A stretch of DNA of 64,000 nucleotides, taken from positions 11,511 through 75,510 of the forward strand of contig JBMFKS010000002.1 of assembly GCA_049972045.1 (NCBI GenBank), in the 5' to 3' direction. This DNA comes from Anaerolineae bacterium. GTDB lineage: Bacteria; Chloroflexota; Anaerolineae; B4-G1; DUEL01. Below the pieces are notes generated by a model that worked only from the letters and a program-made list of their open reading frames with translations, was not told where the DNA came from and did not search any database. Made by a program: the position numbers and the translations under genes. Below are positions 8,788 to 15,737 of the stretch, piece after piece (position 1 is the stretch's first letter; the number at the start of each line of letters is the position of its first letter).

Positions 8788-9000
8788 GGATACAAGGGAT
8801 TAAGGGATGTGAAGCCCAAGGGGCGAGCAGTCAACAGGGGGTGGCAGGCCAGCGGGGGCGGATTGTAGCGCGGCAGGGCCCGCAGGCCCGGAAGGCCGCG
8901 CTACAATCCGCTAACGTAGATGTAGGTGAGCGCTCTCCAGCGGTTCATGCCTCCGGACTACTCAACAGGGCTGTTTTCATGATAGCCCAATTTCTCCAAA
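8788..9000 (-). promoter_or_regulatory. structured 5' leader of tyrS with a perfect 16-bp-stem hairpin (8858-8911); candidate T-box-like or translational control element
   Basis: Minus-strand candidate promoter TTGCAA-N16-TATCAT at ~8960-8990. The leader contains GGAGAGCGCUCACCUACAUCUACG (UAC Tyr codons) and the hairpin GCGGAUUGUAGCGCGG...CCGCGCUACAAUCCGC. Tandem UCCUUGU octamers sit before the SD. Confidence 0.4.
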
Positions 9001-9127
9001 TTGCAAGTCCAGAGGCCCGGTTGCCGGGCGTGGTTGACAAACTCCGCAGGCTGGGTTACCATATCCCTTCAGGAAGGGCCCAAATCCCGCCCTCTTTGTC
9101 CCTGACTCTGACCTTCGGGAGGCAAAA

Positions 9128-10138
9128 TTGGAAGACACCATTCGCATGGGCCACGGCGCGGGGGGACGGATGATGGCGGACCTCATCCAGGAGGTCTTTC
9201 TCCGCCACCTGGATAATCCTCTCCTGCGCCAACTGGCCGATTCCACCGTCCTGGCCCTGGCCGGGAACGGCCGCATTGCCATTTCCACCGATTCCTTTGT
9301 GGTGCGACCGCTCTTTTTCCCAGGGGGAGATATCGGTTCACTGGCCGTCCACGGCACGGTGAACGACCTGGCCATGCGTGGCGCCCGTCCCCTCTGGCTC
9401 GCCGCCGCCTTCATCCTGGAGGAGGGTTTGCCTCTGGAAGACCTCCGGCGGATTGTCCGATCTATGGCCGACGCGGCCCGGCAGGCCGGGGTCGCCGTCG
9501 TCGCCGGGGATACGAAGGTGGTGGAGCGGGGCCACGGGGATGGGGTCTACATCAACACCACCGGCGTCGGGGTGATGCCCGACGGGGTGGATGTGGCCCC
9601 CCACCGCATCCGCCCCGGCGACGTCGTCCTGATCAATGGCACTATCGGCGATCACGGCATCGCCGTGCTCAGTGAGCGAGAAGGGCTGGGCTTTGAGACG
9701 GAACTGGTCTCCGACAGCGCGCCGCTGAACGGACTGGTGGAGGCCCTGCTGACGGCGGCCCCCCACACTCACTGTCTGCGGGACCCGACACGGGGCGGGG
9801 TGGCGGCGGCGCTGAACGAACTGGCCGTCGCGGCCGGGGTGGGGGTGGAACTGGATGAGGCGGCCGTGCCCATCCGTCCGGCCGTTATGGCGGCCTGCGA
9901 GATGCTGGGCTTTGACCCTCTGACGGTCGCCAATGAGGGAAAACTCATTGCGTTTGTCCCGCCGGAGGAGGCAGAGGCCGCTCTGGCGGCTATGCGGGCC
10001 CACCCGCTGGGTCGGAATGCCGCCCGCATCGGCCGGGCGACGGCGGAGCATCCCGGCCTGGTCCTGGCCCGGACCGGCATCGGCGGGCGACGGGTGGTGG
10101 ATATGCCGCTGGGGGAATTGCTCCCGCGCATCTGCTGA
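9128..10138 (+). CDS. hypE: hydrogenase maturation protein HypE (AIR-synthase-related, carbamoyl dehydratase)
   Basis: PurM-like fold with the C-terminal 'PRIC' motif diagnostic of HypE. The start may be Met7 (9146). No hypCDF or hydrogenase genes are in the window. Confidence 0.85.
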   Translation: MEDTIRMGHGAGGRMMADLIQEVFLRHLDNPLLRQLADSTVLALAGNGRIAISTDSFVVRPLFFPGGDIGSLAVHGTVNDLAMRGARPLWLAAAFILEEGLPLEDLRRIVRSMADAARQAGVAVVAGDTKVVERGHGDGVYINTTGVGVMPDGVDVAPHRIRPGDVVLINGTIGDHGIAVLSEREGLGFETELVSDSAPLNGLVEALLTAAPHTHCLRDPTRGGVAAALNELAVAAGVGVELDEAAVPIRPAVMAACEMLGFDPLTVANEGKLIAFVPPEEAEAALAAMRAHPLGRNAARIGRATAEHPGLVLARTGIGGRRVVDMPLGELLPRIC

Positions 10139-10139
10139 C

Positions 10140-10167
10140 TTGTCAGCCCACACAGGTGTGGTATAAT
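10140..10167 (+). promoter_or_regulatory. sigma70-type promoter of tRNA-Thr (TTGTCA-N16-TATAAT)
   Basis: ttgtca at 10140-10145 and tataat at 10162-10167; the tRNA starts 12 nt downstream. Confidence 0.75.
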
Positions 10168-10179
10168 CTCATCCGTGAG

Positions 10180-10252
10180 GCCACCCTAGCTCAATCGGCA
10201 GAGCAGCCGCTTCGTAAGCGGCCGGTTGTCGGTTCAACTCCGACGGGTGGCT
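10180..10252 (+). tRNA. tRNA-Thr (anticodon CGT)
   Basis: Acceptor GCCACCC/GGGTGGC, D-arm GCTC..GAGC, anticodon stem-loop GCCGC-TTCGTAA-GCGGC, T-arm GTCGG-TTCAACT-CCGAC, discriminator T. Confidence 0.88.
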
Positions 10253-10319
10253 CCTGAATCTCCCGGGGGCCCGAATTGGGGACTGTTCCCCTGGCTCCCA
10301 ACATTCCCCCACTCCAACA

Positions 10320-10344
10320 GGCCCCGGAATCCGGGGCCTTTTCT
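10320..10344 (+). terminator. Rho-independent terminator after tRNA-Thr
   Basis: ggccccgg-aat-ccggggcc followed by ttttct. Confidence 0.75.
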
Positions 10345-10346
10345 GT

Positions 10347-11543
10347 ATGACGATGACCGTATCGCCTCCGCACCGACCGGACCCCTGGCGCCGGGCCTGG
10401 CGCACGGCCACGGGGAATATCCCGCTGGCAGTGGGTCTCTTTGTCCTGGCGCTCTACCTCCTGCTCCTGGCATGGATTCCTCAATTCCCTCCCGGCCCGG
10501 CGACAATGGACCGGTGGCTGGTCCAGGCCCGCTTTGGCCCCTGGACCGGCACGATGTACCGACTGGGCCTCTTCTCCCTCGCCAGTTCTCCTGCCATATC
10601 GGTCCTTCTTTCCCTGCTGGCGTTCCTGTTGTTTCTGCGGACTGTAGAGTGGGCGGATACGCTCCGTTCCTGCCTCCGCGACCGGGACCGGCAGGGTCGG
10701 TGGTGGGCCGGGATATTCCCCTTTCTGGCCTATCTGGGCGCGCTGGTTCTGTTGGGGGGACTACTGATCGGTCACCGGTGGGGATGGCGGGAAGAGGGCC
10801 TGGTTGGCCCAGCGACCGTTCCATCTCCGGGCCGTGAGGGAGGGACGCCGAGGACATACCTCATTGGCTTCGGGCCCTCGCTGACCATTCGGGCCACCGA
10901 TGACGCCGGCCATCCCCTGAAACTCCAACAGACCGCCCGCGAGGCCGCGCAAACGGAACTGGTCCTGGATTTGACCCCTTCAACCCCGGAGCGCTCGTTC
11001 GCCATACCGGAGAGCGGTCTGGTGGTCCGGTTGGGGGGCCGGGGCAACCTCTCTGCACAGAGCCCGATTCGGGTGGAAATCTTTCGCGCCCCCGCGGGCG
11101 AGCGAGTCCAGGAAGCGACCATAGAGGACGACCGGCTCTCCCTGACGGTGGACGGGGTCCACCTGGAGATTTCCCGTCAACCCTATCCTCTCCTGGCCCT
11201 CGCCGAGGACCCGGGGCTCTGGCCCAAGTGGGGAGGGTTGATCCTGGCAACCATTGGGCTGGTGGGCACGCTGAGCCTGGGAGGAAAGAAAGGACGAATT
11301 GCGGGCCTGCTCCTCTCTGCCCTCTCTGTACTGGTCGCTGGCATGGCGGGTTACAATTTGGCGACTCGCGGTACACTGGGAGCACGACCCTTCCAGTTGG
11401 AAATGACCGCCCTCTGGCTGGCTGGTCTGATAGCCTGGCTGATCCGGCACAAAGAAGCGTATTTCGGAGTTGACGGCTACCCGACAATACGGTATACTTC
11501 AGACGACAGACCACAAAGGTTAATCCGCGTCCATCCGCGTTGA
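10347..11543 (+). CDS. hypothetical polytopic membrane protein (N- and C-terminal TM segments with a large extracytoplasmic middle)
   Basis: Long ORF with clear hydrophobic helices (LAVGLFVLALYLLLLAW; LILATIGLVGTLSLGG; LLLSALSVLVAGMAGY). No recognisable motif. The true start is uncertain because the ORF begins inside the tRNA terminator. Confidence 0.4.
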   Translation: MTMTVSPPHRPDPWRRAWRTATGNIPLAVGLFVLALYLLLLAWIPQFPPGPATMDRWLVQARFGPWTGTMYRLGLFSLASSPAISVLLSLLAFLLFLRTVEWADTLRSCLRDRDRQGRWWAGIFPFLAYLGALVLLGGLLIGHRWGWREEGLVGPATVPSPGREGGTPRTYLIGFGPSLTIRATDDAGHPLKLQQTAREAAQTELVLDLTPSTPERSFAIPESGLVVRLGGRGNLSAQSPIRVEIFRAPAGERVQEATIEDDRLSLTVDGVHLEISRQPYPLLALAEDPGLWPKWGGLILATIGLVGTLSLGGKKGRIAGLLLSALSVLVAGMAGYNLATRGTLGARPFQLEMTALWLAGLIAWLIRHKEAYFGVDGYPTIRYTSDDRPQRLIRVHPR

Positions 11544-11569
11544 TCCGCGTCCTACAAGGAGGAGCGCCG

Positions 11570-12769
11570 ATGAAGGTTTCTTGCCTGCAGGAGAATCTGG
11601 CTCGCGGACTGAGCGTTGCTGGGCGGGCGGTCTCTGCCCGCTCCGCCCTCCCCATCCTCAGCCACATCCTGTTCACCACCGACGAGGGGCGGCTGCGCCT
11701 CTCCGCCACCAACCTGGAGATGGGCATCCACTGCTGGATCGGCGGGCGGGTGGAGGAGGACGGGGCCATCGCCGTGCCGGCCCGGACCATCATTGATCTG
11801 ATTAACGCCTTCCCGCCGGACCGGGTGGACCTGCGCCAGGAAGTGCGCACGATGACCCTCAACGTTCGCTGCGGGCGGAGTGAGGCCAACATCAAAGGGC
11901 TGGACGCGGTGGATTTTCCGCCTATCCCGACCCCTGAAGAGGGTGTGGCAGATGGCATCTCCGTAGACCCGGAGACATTGCGGACCGCCATCAATCAGGT
12001 CGCTTTTGCGGCTGCCACCGATGAAGCCCGCCCTACCCTGACCGGCGTCCTCCTGCGGTGGGAAGCGACGGCCGCAGGCCCTACCCTGACCCTGGCCGCG
12101 GCTGATGGCTACCGCCTGGCGGTCCGGCGGGTCCCGTTGCCCGGGCGCGAGGTGGTCCGCCCCTTCAGCGTCATCATCCCGGCCCGCACGATGACCGAAT
12201 GGGCCCGCATCTGCGGCGAACTGGCGAAGGGCCGCGAGGAGCGCCCCCCAGTCCACATCACCTTCACCCCCGACGGGAACCGCATCCTCTTCCAGGCCCA
12301 GACCCCGCCCGATGCCCCGGTCCCGATGGAAGTCGTGCTGGTCTCCCAACTGATCCCCGGCGCCTTCCCCGACTACCAGCAACTGATCCCGCGCGATCGG
12401 AACACCCGGCTGGTCGCCGGGACGGCGGAATTGCTGAAGGCCTGTCAGACGGCCCACATCTTCGCCCGTGAGAACACCAATACCCTCCTCTTCCACATCC
12501 ATCCGGGCGCCGACCTGGAGCCGGGGCGGCTGGTCGTTTCCGCCACCTCCGCCGAGACCGGCAGCGACGTGACCGAACTGGACGCGGCCATAGAGGGGGC
12601 GGCCGTGGAAATCGCCTTCAACGTGAAGTTCATCCTGGACGCGCTGGGCGTGGTTAACTCGCCGCAGGTGATGGTGGACATCATCTCCCCCTCCAGCCCG
12701 GGCGTCATCCGCCCCGTCGGTGGGGACGACTTCACCTACGTGGTCATGCCGATGACGCTGGAACGGTAG
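11570..12769 (+). CDS. dnaN: DNA polymerase III beta sliding clamp
   Basis: 'MKVSCLQENLARGLSVAGRAV..RSALPILSHILF' is the typical DnaN N-terminus. It is ~400 aa, three-domain length. RBS aaggagg precedes the ATG at 11570. No dnaA is adjacent. Confidence 0.93.
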   Translation: MKVSCLQENLARGLSVAGRAVSARSALPILSHILFTTDEGRLRLSATNLEMGIHCWIGGRVEEDGAIAVPARTIIDLINAFPPDRVDLRQEVRTMTLNVRCGRSEANIKGLDAVDFPPIPTPEEGVADGISVDPETLRTAINQVAFAAATDEARPTLTGVLLRWEATAAGPTLTLAAADGYRLAVRRVPLPGREVVRPFSVIIPARTMTEWARICGELAKGREERPPVHITFTPDGNRILFQAQTPPDAPVPMEVVLVSQLIPGAFPDYQQLIPRDRNTRLVAGTAELLKACQTAHIFARENTNTLLFHIHPGADLEPGRLVVSATSAETGSDVTELDAAIEGAAVEIAFNVKFILDALGVVNSPQVMVDIISPSSPGVIRPVGGDDFTYVVMPMTLER

Positions 12770-12775
12770 CGGCCC

Positions 12776-13750
12776 ATGGGGGAACTGAAGGGCAAAGGCC
12801 TCTGGCTTTCTTTCTCCGCCGACCTGGACGGAGCGCTGGAGATGGCAGCGGCGGTCGGCGCGACCCACCTCATCTACCGGGTGGGGATGCGGGGCATGTT
12901 CTTCGTGGAAGCCGCCCGGTGGGTGGAGCGCCGTGCCCGTCAGGCCGGACTGGTGCCTCTGGCCTGGGTTGCCCTTTCCCTGGATGATCCCTTCGCCGAG
13001 GCCGCGCTGGTCGCCAAAGCCCGCCATGTCGGCTATGAGGGGGTGATTCTGGACCTGACCGACGCGGCGGCGGGGAAGACCGTTGCCGCCGCCACGCTGG
13101 GGCGGAAACTCATAGAGGTCGGCATAGAACCAGAGCGCCTGTTCTACGCCGCCCCGCCCGACATCTGGCGGCATCCGGAGATCCCCTACCGGGAGATGAA
13201 TGGGTTCTCCCGGGGCGGGTTTATGCCCTGGTGTGCCCTCACCACCCAGCGAACCCCCCGGACGGTGGTGGACAAGTGGGCCTATGGAGAACACGACCGC
13301 TGGCAGAAGGAGTGGGGCGATATGCCACCCCTCTATCCCATCCTGGCCGTCGGGAGGGAGGGGGAAGAGACCCAGCGGCCCGGTGTGCCCCAGTTCCTGG
13401 AGTGGGTCCAGGCGCTGGCGGCCCACAATCCGCCGTTTCTGAGCATTTACGGCATCGGTTCCCTGGACCGGGAACTGTGGCCGATTCTGGCATCGCTGGG
13501 GCCATCGGTGGCGCCACCTCCCGGGCGACCGATTTCTCCTGTGCCCTCTATCCCGGCCGAGGAAGTGCCTGCCCCGGCCACCGCGCAGTTTCATGTCGTG
13601 ACCGTCAACGATACCCTTTGGAGCATCTGCAAGCGGTACAATATTTCTAAGGCGCAGTTCTGGGAATGGAATGGCCACCTCTGGGATGAGCGAGGGCTAC
13701 CGCGAGACGAGGTCTACCTGGAAGAAGGGTGGCGAGTGCGGGTGGGGTGA
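12776..13750 (+). CDS. putative cell-wall glycoside hydrolase-like (GHL-type TIM-barrel) protein with a C-terminal LysM domain
   Basis: The C-terminus 'HVVTVNDTLWSICKRYNISKAQFWEWNGHL...' is LysM-like. The N-terminal ~230 aa is clearly paralogous to the N-terminus of the 28772..31399 product (shared PLYPIL, GG(F/L)MP and W.YG..(D/E)RW blocks). Confidence 0.65.
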   Translation: MGELKGKGLWLSFSADLDGALEMAAAVGATHLIYRVGMRGMFFVEAARWVERRARQAGLVPLAWVALSLDDPFAEAALVAKARHVGYEGVILDLTDAAAGKTVAAATLGRKLIEVGIEPERLFYAAPPDIWRHPEIPYREMNGFSRGGFMPWCALTTQRTPRTVVDKWAYGEHDRWQKEWGDMPPLYPILAVGREGEETQRPGVPQFLEWVQALAAHNPPFLSIYGIGSLDRELWPILASLGPSVAPPPGRPISPVPSIPAEEVPAPATAQFHVVTVNDTLWSICKRYNISKAQFWEWNGHLWDERGLPRDEVYLEEGWRVRVG

Positions 13751-13783
13751 ACGAGCGGAGGCGCGGAGAAGCGGAGGGAAGAG

Positions 13784-14065
13784 ATGCAGGACGATGATTG
13801 GCTGGGGCGCGGGCTACGGCTGCCCGATTTTGAGGCGGAGGACGAGGTCCTGAGCGGAAGGCCGGCGGCAGTACCGGGAGAGGGCCGGAAAAAGCGCCCG
13901 GAGAGACGGCCCTCCGGGTCGTCCTCCGGAGGACTGGCGGGGCTCATCGGGACGCTCTCCCCCTTCCAGCGCTTCGTGCTGGCGCTGCTGCTGTTTCTGA
14001 ACGTCGCGCTTCTGGGCTGTATGTGCCTGGTGATGACCGGGCGGATTGTGCCCTTTTCCCCCTGA
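13784..14065 (+). CDS. small hypothetical protein with a C-terminal transmembrane anchor
   Basis: SD GGAGGG precedes the ATG. The C-terminus is 'FQRFVLALLLFLNVALLGCMCLVMTG'. The N-terminus is acidic and disordered. Confidence 0.35.
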   Translation: MQDDDWLGRGLRLPDFEAEDEVLSGRPAAVPGEGRKKRPERRPSGSSSGGLAGLIGTLSPFQRFVLALLLFLNVALLGCMCLVMTGRIVPFSP

Positions 14066-14070
14066 GATTG

Positions 14071-14234
14071 AGAGCTTGTCTGAAAAGTCACCGGATTCTG
14101 TCATTGCGAGGAGGCCGCAGGCCGACGAAGCAATCTCCTGGCCGTGGTAGAGATTGCTTCGCTCCTTCGGGGCTCGCAATGACATTCCCACGATACAAGT
14201 CATAGCAGGGCTTGCCATTTTTAAGACAAGCTCT
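14071..14234. repeat. ~165-bp element with three nested inverted repeats in a convergent intergenic region
   Basis: Outer IR agagcttgtctgaaaa / ttttaagacaagctct (16 bp, 1 mismatch). Middle IR tgtcattgcgag / ctcgcaatgaca (12/12, 14099-14110 and 14173-14184). Inner IR cgaagcaatctc / gagattgcttcg (12/12, 14126-14137 and 14150-14161). Confidence 0.7.
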
Positions 14235-14274
14235 GAAGGGAGCGATATTTCTTCTCTGGGGGCGATGGCCCCCC

Positions 14275-15399
14275 TCAACCGGCTGTGCCCTTCGGCACCG
14301 ACGTCTTCTCCAGTTCGGCCGCCAGATGAGCCACTGCCCGCGCCAGAGGGGAGTCCGGGGCGCTCAGCGCCAGGGGTTTGCCCTGGGCTAACGCCCGTGC
14401 CTGGGACGGGTCAAAAGGAACGATCCCGGAGATGGGATGCTTAAGGACCCGCTGGAGGGCATCCACCGGTGGCATCGGCTCCGGCCCCGCCTGGTTCAGG
14501 ATCAGCCGGACCTTGAAAGCATAGGGCTTTAAGACCTGAAGAGTCCCCACAGTGGTCTGGAGCGTTGGGGGGTCGGCGGCCGTCACCAGGAGGATCGCAT
14601 CCGCGCGCTCCAGCACGGCCATCACTCCTTCTGTGAGCACCGCGGGAAGGTCCGCCACCACGTACAGGAAACTCTCCCTCAGCGCGGCCAGGACTGCCCG
14701 GATCATTTCCGGGGATAACCCTCCCCCCACGACGGGGACGAAAGGTGAAGCGAGCAGATGGACGCCGGAGGGATGGGTCAGAAGATAATTCCGGATGGTT
14801 GCTGAGCCGGGCCCAGGGGTCAGGAGGGCCAGAGCAGACCAGTTGGGGTCAGGCCGGAGCCCCAACTGAAGCGCGTCGTGCCCGGAAGAAGGGGAGAGGT
14901 CCACCAGGCAGACCTGATTCGGCGAGGAGCGGGCCAGGGTGATGGCCAGATTGACAGCCAGCGTGGTCGTTCCCACCCCTCCGCGCAGGCTCAATACAGC
15001 CATCGTCCCTCCCGCTGCGCGGCGGACCACCTTGCGGGTCAGCAGGCGGTTGACCCGCTCCAGGAGTTCCGCCATGGTGACCGGCTTGGCGATGTACTCG
15101 TCGGCCCCGGCTGCCAGGGCGGTCTCCCGGTCCACCGGCTGACCGCGGGCCGTGAGGATAATGATGGGGATCTGGGCAGTGGCCGGGTTTTGCCGTAACT
15201 GGCGACAGACCTCGTAGCCGTTCATCCCCGGCATCATCACATCTATGATGGCCAGGTCCGGTGGGTTCGCGCGGGCTTTTGCCAGACCGTCCTCCCCTTC
15301 GGCGCTCAGCATCACTTCATGCCCGCCCCGCTCCTCCAGCAGCATCCGGATCATCTGGAGCAGGTCGGCATTGTCGTCCACGACCAGAATACGGGCCAT
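14275..15399 (-). CDS. response-regulator receiver domain fused to a CpaE/TadZ-like (ParA/MinD superfamily) ATPase domain with a degenerate Walker A
   Basis: REC: 'ILVVDDNADLL...DLAIIDVMMPGMNGYEV...IIILTA...ADEYIAKP'. ATPase-like: 'LSLRGGVGTTTLAVNLA' (canonical KGGVGKTT has lost both lysines). The start is at 15399, with SD ggagg upstream. Confidence 0.8.
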   Translation of the reverse strand: MARILVVDDNADLLQMIRMLLEERGGHEVMLSAEGEDGLAKARANPPDLAIIDVMMPGMNGYEVCRQLRQNPATAQIPIIILTARGQPVDRETALAAGADEYIAKPVTMAELLERVNRLLTRKVVRRAAGGTMAVLSLRGGVGTTTLAVNLAITLARSSPNQVCLVDLSPSSGHDALQLGLRPDPNWSALALLTPGPGSATIRNYLLTHPSGVHLLASPFVPVVGGGLSPEMIRAVLAALRESFLYVVADLPAVLTEGVMAVLERADAILLVTAADPPTLQTTVGTLQVLKPYAFKVRLILNQAGPEPMPPVDALQRVLKHPISGIVPFDPSQARALAQGKPLALSAPDSPLARAVAHLAAELEKTSVPKGTAG

Positions 15400-15507
15400 G
15401 TCCGTCCTCCTCCCCCACAACGCTCATGGCGATATTATACCCCTAATTTGGCGATTTCACAATGGGCAAGGCGTGTCCCCACCGTGTCGGAGGAAGGGAA
15501 TAGTCCA

Positions 15508-15583
15508 CCAGTAGGGCAACTGCGAGCAGTTGCCCTACTGGAGGGCGCAGAGACCCACAAAAGGGCTGTTGACAAACCAGTAG
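15508..15583. repeat. copy A of a ~75-bp repeated element containing a perfect 16-bp-arm palindrome and a TTGACA box
   Basis: ccagtagggcaactgc-gag-gcagttgccctactgg followed by agggcgcagagacccacaaaagggctgttgacaaacc. It is ~90% identical to the reverse complement of 56803..56875. Confidence 0.8.
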
Positions 15584-15612
15584 TTGCGTTTTTTGCAGAG
15601 TTGTGCTACAAT
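15584..15612 (+). promoter_or_regulatory. candidate promoter (TTGCGT-N17-TACAAT) for the LysM/M23 peptidase gene
   Basis: ttgcgt at 15584-89 and tacaat at 15607-12. Confidence 0.45.
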
Positions 15613-15687
15613 CTACCACGCGGTTTTCCGTTCCCTGCGGGACGTTGAAAACGGAGCCGACTTTGGAAACGCTTGGGGAAACTGAAA

Positions 15688-15712
15688 GGAACGTTCCTGA
15701 GGGAAACGTTCC
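15688..15712 (+). promoter_or_regulatory. two adjacent palindromes GGAACGTTCC and GGAAACGTTCC in the 5' UTR; candidate operator
   Basis: A perfect 10-bp palindrome and a near-perfect 11-bp palindrome 14 bp apart. They lie downstream of the candidate -10 and upstream of the likely TTG start at 15738. Confidence 0.45.
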
Positions 15713-15737
15713 ACCGAAATCGCAGAACAGGGGCGGG

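Noticed and set aside
8858-8911. Calling the tyrS-leader hairpin a bona fide T-box antiterminator/terminator.
   Set aside because: The T-box consensus match is weak, the element order is non-canonical and there is no U-tract. It is reported only as a candidate leader structure.
15603-15737. Longest-ORF start of the LysM/M23 peptidase at 15603.
   Set aside because: It would put the start codon inside the predicted promoter (-10 at 15607-15612) and would translate the twin palindromes. The TTG at 15738, preceded by GGGGCGGG, is more plausible. This remains uncertain.
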